A stretch of 64,000 nt of DNA from positions 4,712,001 to 4,776,000 of the forward strand of contig OZ024766.1 in the NCBI GenBank assembly GCA_964016885.1. Reading direction: 5' to 3'. Every line of letters begins with the position of its first letter. The stretch's first letter is position 1. Position numbers and translations under genes: made by a program. The stretch is from Eledone cirrhosa. Lineage: Eukaryota. The notes beneath the pieces are model-generated. The model was not told the origin of the DNA and did not search any database. It saw nothing but the letters and a program-made list of their open reading frames with translations. Positions 26,397 through 38,900 of the stretch are shown one piece after another.

Positions 26397-26494
26397 ATCA
26401 GTCTAGTACTGGGGTCGATTCTTCCTCTATACCTCTTTCTCTCTCTCTTTCTTTGTCTCCTTCAGTCTGAATCCTATTGAGGTCAACTTTGATA

Positions 26495-26883
26495 CAACAA
26501 CAACAACAACAACAACAACAGTAACAACAACAACAACAGTAACAGCTGCAACAACAACAACAAACTTTACTGTACCTGATTGAAGTAGTAGTAGTAGTAG
26601 TAGTAGCAGTAGTAGTAATAGCAGTAGTAGTAATAGTAGCAGTAGTAGTAGTAGCAATAGTAGTAGTAGTAATAATAGTAGCAGTAGTAGTAGCAGTAGC
26701 AGTAGTAACGACAACAACAACAAACTTTACTGTACCTGATTGAAGTAGTAGTAGTAGTAATAGCAGTAGTAGTAATAGTAGCAGTAGTAGTAGTAGCAAT
26801 AGTAGTAGTAGTAATAATAGTAGCAGTAGTAGTAGCAGTAGCAGTAGTAACGACAACAACAACAAACTTTACTGTACCTGATT

Positions 26884-26929
<46 letters not shown>

Positions 26930-27176
26930 CAGTAGTAGCAATAGTAGCAGTAGTAGTAGTAGCAGTAGTAGTAGCAGTAGCAGTAGTAACGACAACAACA
27001 ACAAACTTTACTGTACCTGATTGAAGTAGTAGTAGTAGTAGTAGTAGCAGTAGTAGTAGTAGTAGCAGTAGTAGCAATAGTAGCAGTAGTAGTAGTAGTA
27101 GTAGTAGTAATAGTAGTAGTAGTAATAATAGTAGCAGTAGTAGTAGTAGCAATAGTAGCAGTAGTAGTAGTAGTAA

Positions 27177-27208
<32 letters not shown>

Positions 27209-27566
27209 ATAATAGTAGCAGTAGTAGTAGTAGCAATAGTAGCAGTAGTAGTAGTAGTAATAGTAGTAGTAGTAATAGTAGTAGTAGTAATAATAGTAGC
27301 AGTAGTAGTAGTAGCAATAGTAGCAGTAGTAGTAGTAGTAATAGTAGTAGTAGTAGTAGTAGTAGTAGTAATAATAGTAGCAGTAGTAGTAGTAGCAATA
27401 GTAGCAGTAGTAGTAGTAGTAGTAGTAGTAGTAATAGTAGTAGTAGTAATAATAGTAGCAGTAGTAGTAGTAGCAATAGTAGCAGTAGTAGTAGTAGCAA
27501 TAGTAGTAGTAGTAATAATAGTAGCAGTAGCAGTAGTAACGACAACAACAACAAACTTTACTGTAC
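26495..27566. repeat. (TAG)n/(CAA)n compound array containing duplicated LLTP splice donor copies
   Basis: ACAAACTTTACTGTACCTGATT occurs five times. Confidence 0.9.
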
Positions 27567-27962
27567 CTGATTAAAACATTTAGCGAAAGGAGATGAGGTG
27601 TCACGGAACAGGGAGACACACATGGAGTTCAGTGGCACATTGTGGCTCTCGGCGTGATTTCGAGATCGACACGACCGATCACTCGACCAGGAGTTTGCGA
27701 ATTGCTCCATGTCGCGGTCGGCTGCCAGTTGCTGGCCCGGGGTGGTCATGTCGTCGCTTCGTTCGTTGGTGAAGGTGCCCATGAGTCCAGCGACCCTGTT
27801 GAAGTACCATCCGCTAACCCAGACGCTGTACTGTCCCGATGACGGGCTCATGTCGATCCTGAAGCCTCTGTCGCTCTTCACGGTGATGGTGTTGCCGTGG
27901 CGATACACTTGTCCGTCGGTGATGCGGAACGGTGTTCTGGAGGTGCGCCCTCGGTATTCAAT
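27567..27962 (-). CDS. LLTP exon 12, VWD C-terminus and start of C8 domain
   Basis: GWYFNRVAGLMGTFTNERSDD...FANSW (VWD C-terminal motif) and C..LF....SPFAKC; CCCAG acceptor, GTACAG donor; phases 0/0. Confidence 0.9.
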
Positions 27963-28288
27963 CTGGGTATTCAAGGTGGTGGGAAGAGAGAGAGAAGGAG
28001 AGAAATAATAATTTAAAAAAATAAAACAATGACAACAGATTGACACTTATGGCGGTGGTGGTGGTGGTGGTAGTGGTGGTGGTGGTGGTGGTGGTGGTGG
28101 TGATAGTGGTGGTGGTGGTGGCATGGTGGTGGTAGTGGTGGTGGTGGTGGCATTGGTGGTGGTGGTGGTGTTTGGGGGGGGCATTGGTCGTGGCGGGGGG
28201 GGGGGGGGAATTGATTATTGATCTGTGAATGAATGAAACAAATTGATTGATTTGACTGATGGGAGAATGAGAGATCATTGTATAGATA

Positions 28289-28328
<40 letters not shown>

Positions 28329-28592
28329 TATATATATACACATATATATATATATACATATGCATTGCCTGGAGACTTGGCTGAGAATGATCTCCCTGAT
28401 GACGCAATGAAATTCTCAACAGTTCATTACATAACTGTCTTTATCCCATTGCAGAAACTAATTAGTTGGAGTGAAAATTTAAGTATATATATGTATATAT
28501 ATATATATATATACACATATATATATACATACATATATATATATACATACATATATATATATACATATAGATATATATATATACATACATAC

Positions 28593-28623
<31 letters not shown>

Positions 28624-28691
28624 CATATATATATATGTATATATATATATATACACATATATATATATATGTATATATATATACACACACT

Positions 28692-28725
<34 letters not shown>

Positions 28726-28765
28726 TATAAAAAGAAGATGTTGTCAATGCTTATAAAAGCCTTAC

Positions 28766-28974
28766 ATTGTAGTTGGAATAGATGGTCATTTCTTCACTGC
28801 TCCCAATGACTACTGTGATGGATTCTATTCTGTGTTGCCGTTTGTCAGGAGAGTAGTTTGCAATGACCTTAAAGTTTCTCTCGGAGTAAGCCAGGATGTG
28901 ACCACATGTTCCGGTGAAATCCATGTGACGGCCATCAAATGTTAGAATATGGCTGCCAAAAATTGAAGCTTCGG
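28766..28974 (-). CDS. LLTP exon 11, start of VWD domain (absent from ORF track)
   Basis: TTTCTAG acceptor, [29 protein letters not shown] matches the VWD H-x-x-TFDG...C signature, GTAAGG donor; phases 1/0. Confidence 0.9.
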
Positions 28975-29029
28975 CTAGAAAGAAAAACAGAATTTTATAT
29001 CATCACCATCATCATCCTCATCATCTCAT

Positions 29030-29814
29030 CATTTCATTTTACGTCCCACTTTCTCCCTGCTTGCAAGGGCGGGACGGGAACTGATTCTGGCTTGATCTCT
29101 ACAGCTGGATGTCCTCCCTAACACCAACCTCATTTACAGTGAGTGAGTGCTGGGTGCTTTTTCTGCCGTGGCACCTCCACGTCCACTTTACAGTGAGCGC
29201 TGGGTGCTTTTTCTGCCGTGGCACCTACACGACCACTTTGCAGTGAGCGCTGGGTGCTTTCTTGCCGTGGCACCTACACGACCACTTTGCAGTGAGTGCT
29301 GGGTGCTTTTTCTGCCGTGGCACCTACACGACCACTTTGCAGTGAGCGCTGGGTGCTTTTTCTGCCGTGGCACCTCCACGACCACTTTGCAGTGAGCGCT
29401 GGGTGCTTTTTCTGCCGTGGCACCTACACGACCACTTTACAGTGAGTGCTGGGTGCTTTTTCTGCCGTGGCACCTACACGACCACTTTGCAGTGAGCGCT
29501 GGGCGCTTTTTCTGCCGTGGCACCTACACGACCACTTTACAGTGAGCGCTGGGCGCTTTTTCTGCCGTGGCACCTACACGACCACTTTACAGTGAGTGCT
29601 GGGTGCTTTTTTGCCGTGGCACCTCCACGACCACTTTGCAGTGGAATGATAGGGACCCCAGTCCCTATGATCTCATTTCTACAGCTGAGTGAACTGGAGC
29701 AATGTGAAATAAAGTGTCTTGCTCAAGGAAACAACACATCACCCGGTCTGAGAATTGAACTCACAACCTTTTCATTGCAAGGCCAGTGCTCTAACTACTA
29801 AGCCATGTGCCTCC
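29030..29814 (-). mobile_element. SINE A with ~50-bp internal array (~10 copies)
   Basis: Repeated CAGTGAGCGCTGGGTGCTTTTTCTGCCGTGGCACCTACACGACCACTTTG. Confidence 0.85.
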
Positions 29815-29834
29815 ATATTATATCATCATCATCA

Positions 29835-30150
29835 TCATTTCATTTTACGTCCGCTTTTTCCCTGCTTGCAAGGGTGGGACAGGAACTAATTCTGGCTTGA
29901 TTTCTATAGCTGGATGCCCTTCCTAACACCAACCTCATTTACAGTCAGTGCTGGGTGCTTTTTTTGCCGTGGCACCTCCACGACCACTTTGCAGTGGAAT
30001 GATAGGGACCCCAGTCCCTATCATCTCATTTCTACAGCTGAGTAAACTGGAGCAATGTGAAATAAAGTGTCTTGCTCAAGGAAACAACACATCACCCAGT
30101 CTGAGAATTGAACTCACAACCTTTTGATTGCAAGGCCAGTGCTCTAACCA
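29835..30150 (-). mobile_element. SINE A
   Basis: Matches family A. Confidence 0.8.
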
Positions 30151-30242
30151 CATAGCTTTACATTGAAAGGGGGTGGTGTGGATGGGGTGGCGGTAGTGAT
30201 ATATTAATAATTATATATATATATAAAGAGAGAGATACATAC

Positions 30243-30597
30243 CATCAAAGGGAGGTAACCAATTTCTCGGTTCAGAGTAACGTTTGACAGTATAGTAAAG
30301 GTCTACAGGTCCGATGTACATGTGGGATAACATGTGGATATATTTCTCTACAGAACGGTGGATGTCTTGTAAAGTGTGGACGAAGGTTTTGCCATATTTG
30401 TAGGCCATCATGAATGCTTGGTAATGAATCTCAACAACAATTTCTCCCTTAATCGTATCATATTTCAAAGCTCTCATGTTGAAATTGCTGAAAGCGTCGA
30501 CCATTGCGTTCAATTCTCTCTTCATGCTCTTTTCTACTTTGTCTTTCAAGCTGTACAGGTTTTCTTTCACTTCCCAGTAATTGAAAGCCCATTTGCC
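30243..30597 (-). CDS. LLTP exon 10
   Basis: CATCAG acceptor, GKWAFNYWEV...NWLPPFD (WLPPF-type motif that precedes the VWD domain in apolipophorin-like proteins), GTATGT donor; phases 0/1. Confidence 0.88.
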
Positions 30598-30656
30598 CTG
30601 ATGAGGAGAAATAGACAGAAACATTAGCATTCATTTCAGAATTAGTTTGTTATATT

Positions 30657-31375
30657 AGATGTTGGTCCCACAACATCCAAGCCGAAACAAATGAGATCGT
30701 GTAGGTGTCACGACAAAAAAAACACACAGTCCACGCTGTAAATGTGGCCGTGTAGGCAACATGGTAAAAACCTCCCAGCCCCACACTGTAAATGTGGTTG
30801 GTGTTAGGAAGGGCATCCAGCTGTAGAAAACCCGCCAGACAGTCCACGCTGTAATGTGGCCGTGTAGGCAACACAGTAAAAACCTCCCAGCCCCACACTG
30901 TAAATGTGGCTGGTGTTAGGAAGGGCATCCAGCTGTAGAAAACCCGCCAGACAGTCCACGCTGTAATGTGGCCGTATAGGCAACACGGTAAAAACATCCC
31001 AGCCCCACACTGTAAATGTGGTTGGTGTTAGGAAGGGCATCCAACTGTAGAAAACCCGCCAGACAGTCCTATGCGAGCAAGACAACCACTCTTGCCTCAA
31101 GTGGGAAAACCCCCGTCCAAACCCATGCAAGCGTGGAACACGGACGCTAAACCTGATGATGATGATGATGATTAGTGATTACAATATGTACATGTGTGTG
31201 TATGTATGTATGTATGTATGTATGTATGTATATCTATATATATATACATACATACATACATACATACACACATACAGTCCTATGCGAGCAAGACAACCAC
31301 TCTTGCCTCAAGTGGGAAAACTCCCGTCCAAACCCATGCAAGCGTGGAAGATGGACGTTAAACGATGATGATGAT
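30657..31375 (+). mobile_element. RTE LINE 3' UTR fragment with three 112-bp units and a duplicated tail
   Basis: GTGTTAGG at 30801, 30913 and 31025. Confidence 0.8.
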
Positions 31376-31409
31376 ATATATATATATATATATCATTTCA
31401 TCATCATCA

Positions 31410-31737
31410 TTTCATTTTATGTCCCCTTTTCCCTGCTTGCAAGGGTGGGACGGGAACTGATTCTGGCTTGATTTCTACAGCTGGATGCCCTTCCTAACAC
31501 CAACCTCATTTACAGTGAGTGCTGGGTGCTTTTTTGCCGTGGCACCTCCACGACCACTTTGCAGTGGAATGATAGGGACCCCAGTCCCTATCATCTCATT
31601 TCTACAGCTGAGTAAACTGGAGTAATGTGAAATAAAGTGCCTTGCTCAAGGAAACAACACATCACCCGGTCTGAGAATTGAACTCACAACCTTTCGATTG
31701 CAAGGCCAATGCTCTAACCACTAAGCCATGTGCCTCC
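31410..31737 (-). mobile_element. SINE A
   Basis: Full-length match to family A. Confidence 0.85.
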
Positions 31738-31961
31738 ATTTATATATTTATCTATATATTTATTTATTTAGGTTTGAAGGTTCACCATGGATAGAGCTGG
31801 TCAATTCCGAATGGTCAATCTTGATCTAATAATATGGAGAGTACTCAACGTAAAGCAGCTCAACCATCTTCGTTTTTGTAGTTGGTGGTGCGAGTACGGA
31901 GTTAATTATTATTATAAAATAACAGGAGGCTGGACTGGTGTAAATCCTTGAAAGGTTTATT

Positions 31962-32019
31962 ATGCTATGATCATTTCAATGACCGGGTTCCGTATGAATC
32001 CGGTGATGTCATCAGGTAT
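31962..32019 (-). ncRNA. Hammerhead motif H5, second copy with a stem I mismatch
   Basis: Near-identical to 26142-26199 within a shared ~170-bp element. Confidence 0.5.
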
Positions 32020-32097
32020 TCGAAATATAATAAGTGAATGTAATAGATAAAATCCATGGAGCTGAAAATCAAAGACCGGATGACGACTGACCATCTA

Positions 32098-32531
32098 GCA
32101 TTACTGGTACTTTATTTTATCGACCCCGTAAGGATGAAAGGCAAAGTCTAATAATAATTGTTTCTACTTTAGGCACAAGGCCAGCAATTACCCAGTACAT
32201 TACTGGTACTTTATTTTATCGACCCCGTAAGGATGAAAGGCAAAGTCTAATAATAATTGTTTCTACTTTAGGCACAAGGCCAGCAATTACCCAGTACATT
32301 ACTGGTACTTTATTTTATCGACCCCGTAAGGATGAAAGGCAAAGTCTAATAATAATTGTTTCTACTTTAGGCACAAGGCCAGCAATTACCCAGTGCATTA
32401 CTGGTACTTTATTTTATCGACCCCGTAAGGATGAAAGGCAAAGTCAACCTCGGCGGGATTTGAACTCAGATCGTAAAGGGACGTAACTATGCTGGAAAGC
32501 ATGGCGTCCGACTCTCTACTGATACTGCCAA
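32098..32531 (-). mobile_element. SINE B with 99-bp tandem tail units
   Basis: TTACTGGTAC at 32101, 32200, 32299 and 32398. Confidence 0.83.
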
Positions 32532-32581
32532 TAAAGTCTAATAATAATGTCATTTATTTAATTATTTAAAAATTAAAATAC

Positions 32582-32727
32582 CTGTTCATAAACCTTTGAT
32601 GCGACACTTTTGATATATTTTCCCCAAGGATGGGTTGACATCTGACGGTAGTAAGTGTTGTAGATCTTGGTGGCACTTTCAATAATGGATTTGCCAAGAG
32701 GATGTTCTTTCATTTGACGTTGGAAGC
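32582..32727 (-). CDS. LLTP exon 9
   Basis: CCCTCAG acceptor, FQRQMKEHPLG...KVYEQ, GTATTT donor; phases 1/0. Confidence 0.85.
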
Positions 32728-32965
32728 CTGAGGGGGTAAGGGAAAAGAGAGAGAGAAGAAGGAAGAGAAGATAGAAAATATGAAACAAATCAATAAGTGG
32801 TAAATCAAATGGAGGTCAGAGGATGAGGAGGATAAGGTTATAGATTACAATCAATAACTAAATAGAAATCAATATGTTTAAAGGTAGTCATAATTCTGGT
32901 GTCTCCTGGGCTGGTGCTTGGGTATTTATTACCCCAGGATAGCTCCAGTGTGCAAAATACTTCTC

Positions 32966-35900
32966 CGAATTTGGAGATCACAGCTCTGATACTACAGACA
33001 TGTGGTTAGAATGTCTCAGGAAAGAATCTCTGAATTGCGAGACCACAGCTCTGATACTACAGACATGTGGTTAGAATGTCTCAGCAAAGAATCTCTGAAT
33101 TGAGAGATCACAGCTCTGATACTACAGACATGTGGTTAGAATGTCTCAGCAAAGAATCTCTGAATTGAGAGATCACAGCTCTGATACTACAGACATGTGG
33201 TTAGAATGTCTGAGGAAAGAATCTCTGAATTGCGAGACCACAGCTCTGATACTACAGACATGTAGTTAGAATGTCTCAGGAAAGAATCTCTGGATTGAGA
33301 GATCACAGCTCTGATACTACAGACATGTGGTTAGAATGTCTCAGGAAAGAATCTCTGAATTGAGAGATCACAGCTCTGATACTACAGACATGTGGTTAGA
33401 ATGTCTCAGGACAGAATCTCTGGATTGAGAGATCACAGCTCTGGTACTACAGACATGTGGTTAGAATGTCTCAGGAAAGAATCTCTGAATTGAGAGATCA
33501 CAGCTCTGATACTACAGACATGTGGTTAGAATGTCTCAGGAAAGAATCTCTGAATTGCGAGACCACAGCTCTGATACTACAGACATGTGGTTAGAATGTC
33601 TCAGGAAAGAATCTCTGAATTGCGAGACCACAGCTCTGATACTACAGACATGTGGTTAGAATGTCTCAGGAAAGAATCTCTGAATTGCGAGACCACAGCT
33701 CTGATACTACAGACATGTGGTTAGAATGTCTCAGGACAGAATCTCTGAATTGAGAGACCACAGCTCTGATACTACAGACATGTGGTTAAAATGTCTCAGG
33801 AAAGAATCTCTGAATTGAGAGATCACAGCTCTGATACTACAGACATGTGGTTAGAATGTCTCAGGAAAGAATCTCTGAATTGCGAGACCACAGCTCTGAT
33901 ACTACAGACATGTGGTTAGAATGTCTCAGGAAAGAATCTCTGAATTGCGAGACCACAGCTCTGATACTACAGACATGTGGTTAGAATGTCTGAGGAAAGA
34001 ATCTCTGAATTGCGAGACCACAGCTCTGATACTACAGACATTTTGTTAGAATGTCTCAGGACAGAATCTCTGAATTGAGAGACCACAGCTCTGATACTAC
34101 AGACATGTGGTTAGAATGTCTCAGGACAGAATCTCTGAATTGAGAGACCACAGCTCTGATACTACAGACATGTGGTTAGAATGTCTCAGGAAAGAATCTC
34201 TGAATTGAGAGATCACAGCTCTGATACTACAGACATGTGGTTAGAATGTCTCAGGAAAGAATCTCTGAATTGCGAGACCACAGCTCTGATACTACAGACA
34301 TGTGGTTAGAATGTCTCAGGACAGAATCTCTGAATTGAGAGACCACAGCTCTGATACTACAGACATGTGGTTAGAATGTCTCAGGAAAGAATCTCTGAAT
34401 TGAGAGATCACAGCTCTGATACTACAGACATGTGGTTAGAATGTCTCAGGAAAGAATCTCTGAATTGCGAGACCACAGCTCTGATACTACAGACATGTGG
34501 TTAGAATGTCTCAGGAAAGAATCTCTGAATTGAGAGATCACAGCTCTGATACTACAGACATGTGGTTAGAATGTTCTCAGGAAAGAATCTCTGAATTGAG
34601 AGATCACAGCGCTGATACTACAGACATGTGGTTAGAATGTCTGAGGAAAGAATCTCTGAATTGCGAGACCACAGCTCTGATACTACAGACATGTGGTTAG
34701 AATGTCTCAGGACAGAATCTCTGAATTGAGAGATCACAGCTCTGATACTACAGACATGTGGTTAGAATGTCTCAGGAAAGAATCTCTGAATTGCGAGACC
34801 ACAGCTCTGATACTACAGACATGTGGTTAGAATGTCTGAGGAAAGAATCTCTGAATTGCGAGACCACAGCTCCGATACTATGGACATGTGGTTAGAATGT
34901 CTCAGGAAAGAATCTCTGAATTGCGAGACCACAGCTCTGATACTACAGACATGTGGTTAGAATGTCTCAGGAAAGAATCTCTGAATTGAGAGATCACAGC
35001 TCTGAAACTACAGACATGTGGTTAGAATGTCTCAGGAAAGAATCTCTGAATTGCGAGACCACAGCTCTGATACTACAGACATGTGGTTAGAATGTCTCAG
35101 GACAGAATCTCTGAATTGAGAGATCACAGCTCTGATACTAGAGACATGTGGTTAGAATGTCTCAGGAAAGAATCTCTGAATTGAGAGATCACAGCTCTGA
35201 TACTACAGACATGTGGTTAGAATGTCTCAGGAAAGAATCTCTGAATTGAGAGATCACAGCTCTGATACTACAGACATGTGGTTAGAATGTCTCAGGAAAG
35301 AATCTCTGAATTGAGAGATCACAGCTCTGATACTACAGACATGTGGTTAGAATGTCTCAGGAAAGAATCTCTGAATTGAGAGATCACAGCTCTGATACTA
35401 CAGACATGTGGTTAGAATGTCTCAGGAAAGAATCTCTGAATTGAGAGATCACAGCTCTGATACTACAGACATGTGGTTAGAATGTCTCAGGAAAGAATCT
35501 CTGAATTGAGAGATCACAGCTCTGATACTATGGACATGTGGTTAGAATGTCTCAGGAAAGAATCTCTGAATTGAGAGATCACAGCTCTGATACTACAGAC
35601 ATGTGGTTAGAATGTCTCAGGAAAGAATCTCTGAGTTGAGAGATCACAGCTCTGATACTACAGACATGTGGTTAGAATGTCTCAGGAAAGAATCTCTGAA
35701 TTGCGAGACCACAGCTCTGATACTACAGACATGTGGTTAGAATGTCTCAGGAAAGAATCTCTGAATTGAGAGATCACAGCTCTGATACTACAGACATGTG
35801 GTTAGAATGTCTCAGGAAAGAATCTCTGAATTGAGAGACCACAGCTCTGATACTACAGACATGTGGTTAGAATGTCTCAGGAAAGAATCTCTGAATTGCG

Positions 35901-38900
35901 AGACCACAGCTCTGATACTACAGACATGTGGTTAGAATGTCTGAGGAAAGAATCTCTGAATTGCGAGACCACAGCTCTGATACTACAGACATGTGGTTAG
36001 AATGTCTCAGGAAAGAATCTCTGAATTGAGAGATCACAGCTCTGATACTACAGACATGTGGTTAGAATGTCTCAGGAAAGAATCACTGAATAGAGAGATC
36101 ACAGCTCTGATACTATGGACATGTGGTTAGAATGTCTCAGGAAAGAATCTCTGAATTGAGAGACCACAGCTCTGATACTACAGACATGTGGTTAGAATGT
36201 CTCAGGAAAGAATCTCTGAATTGCGAGACCACAGCTCTGATACTATGGACATGTGGTTAGAATGTCCCAGGAAAGAATCTCTGAATTGAGAGACCACAGC
36301 TCTGATACTACAGACATGTGGTTAGAATGTCTCAGGAAAGAATCTCTGAATTGCGAGACCACAGCTCTGATACTATGACATGTGGTTAGAATGTCTCAGG
36401 AAAGAATCTCTGGATTGAGAGATCACAGCTCTGATACTACAGACATGTGGTTAGAATGTCTCAGGAAAGAATCTCTGGATTGAGAGATCACAGCTCTGAT
36501 ACTACAGACATGTGGTTAGAATGTCTCAGGAAAGAATCTCTGAATTGCGAGACCACAGCTCTGATACTATGACATGTGGTTAGAATGTCTCAGGAAAGAA
36601 TCTCTGAATTGAGAGACCACAGCTCTGATACTACAGACATGTGGTTAGAATATCTCAGGACAGAATCTCTGAATTGAGAGACCACAGCTCTGATACTACA
36701 GACATGTGGTTAGAATGTCTCAGGAAAGAATCTCTGAATTGAGAGATCACAGCTCTGATACTACAGACATGTGGTTAGAATGTCTCAGGAAAGAATCTCT
36801 GAATTGCGAGACCACAGCTCTGATACTACAGACATGTGGTTAGAATGTCTCAGGACAGAATCTCTGAATTGAGAGACCACAGCTCTGATACTACAGACAT
36901 GTGGTTAGAATGTCTCAGGAAAGAATCTCTGAATTGAGAGATCACAGCTCTGATACTACAGACATGTGGTTAGAATGTCTCAGGAAAGAATCTCTGAATT
37001 GCGAGACCACAGCTCTGATACTACAGACATGTGGTTAGAATGTCTCAGGAAAGAATCTCTGAATTGAGAGATCACAGCTCTGATACTACAGACATGTGGT
37101 TAGAATGTTCTCAGGAAAGAATCTCTGAATTGAGAGATCACAGCGCTGATACTACAGACATGTGGTTAGAATGTCTGAGGAAAGAATCTCTGAATTGCGA
37201 GACCACAGCTCTGATACTACAGACATGTGGTTAGAATGTCTCAGGACAGAATCTCTGAATTGAGAGATCACAGCTCTGATACTACAGACATGTGGTTAGA
37301 ATGTCTCAGGAAAGAATCTCTGAATTGCGAGACCACAGCTCTGATACTACAGACATGTGGTTAGAATGTCTGAGGAAAGAATCTCTGAATTGCGAGACCA
37401 CAGCTCCGATACTATGGACATGTGGTTAGAATGTCTCAGGAAAGAATCTCTGAATTGCGAGACCACAGCTCTGATACTACAGACATGTGGTTAGAATGTC
37501 TCAGGAAAGAATCTCTGAATTGAGAGATCACAGCTCTGATACTACAGACATGTGGTTAGAATGTCTCAGGAAAGAATCTCTGAATTGCGAGACCACAGCT
37601 CTGATACTACAGACATGTGGTTAGAATGTCTCAGGACAGAATCTCTGAATTGAGAGATCACAGCTCTGATACTACAGACATGTGGTTAGAATGTCTCAGG
37701 AAAGAATCTCTGAATTGAGAGATCACAGCTCTGATACTACAGACATGTGGTTAGAATGTCTCAGGAAAGAATCTCTGAATTGAGAGATCACAGCTCTGAT
37801 ACTATGGACATGTGGTTAGAATGTCTCAGGAAAGAATCTCTGAATTGAGAGATCACAGCTCTGATACTACAGACATGTGGTTAGAATGTCTCAGGAAAGA
37901 ATCTCTGAGTTGAGAGATCACAGCTCTGATACTACAGACATGTGGTTAGAATGTCTCAGGAAAGAATCTCTGAATTGCGAGACCACAGCTCTGATACTAC
38001 AGACATGTGGTTAGAATGTCTCAGGAAAGAATCTCTGAATTGAGAGATCACAGCTCTGATACTACAGACATGTGGTTAGAATGTCTCAGGAAAGAATCTC
38101 TGAATTGAGAGACCACAGCTCTGATACTACAGACATGTGGTTAGAATGTCTCAGGAAAGAATCTCTGAATTGCGAGACCACAGCTCTGATACTACAGACA
38201 TGTGGTTAGAATGTCTGAGGAAAGAATCTCTGAATTGCGAGACCACAGCTCTGATACTACAGACATGTGGTTAGAATGTCTCAGGAAAGAATCTCTGAAT
38301 TGAGAGATCACAGCTCTGATACTACAGACATGTGGTTAGAATGTCTCAGGAAAGAATCACTGAATAGAGAGATCACAGCTCTGATACTATGGACATGTGG
38401 TTAGAATGTCCCAGGAAAGAATCTCTGAATTGAGAGACCACAGCTCTGATACTACAGACATGTGGTTAGAATGTCTCAGGAAAGAATCTCTGAATTGCGA
38501 GACCACAGCTCTGATACTATGACATGTGGTTAGAATGTCTCAGGAAAGAATCTCTGGATTGAGAGATCACAGCTCTGATACTACAGACATGTGGTTAGAA
38601 TGTCTCAGGAAAGAATCTCTGGATTGAGAGATCACAGCTCTGATACTACAGACATGTGGTTAGAATGTCTCAGGAAAGAATCTCTGGATTGAGAGATCAC
38701 AGCTCTGATACTACAGACATGTGGTTAGAATGTCTCAGGAAAGAATCTCTGAATTGCGAGACCACAGCTCTGATACTATGACATGTGGTTAGAATGTCTC
38801 AGGAAAGAATCTCTGAATTGAGAGACCACAGCTCTGATACTACAGACATGTGGTTAGAATATCTCAGGACAGAATCTCTGAATTGAGAGACCACAGCTCT

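Noticed and set aside
26398-27619. Poly-Leu, poly-Thr and poly-Tyr ORFs
   Set aside because: (TAG)n trinucleotide repeat in an intron
28390-28430. CTGATGA...GAAA as another hammerhead
   Set aside because: No stem III, NUH or stem I pairing found
32885-32955. RTE endonuclease remnant (SGV..AGVG-like) before the satellite
   Set aside because: Too short and frameshifted to support without an alignment
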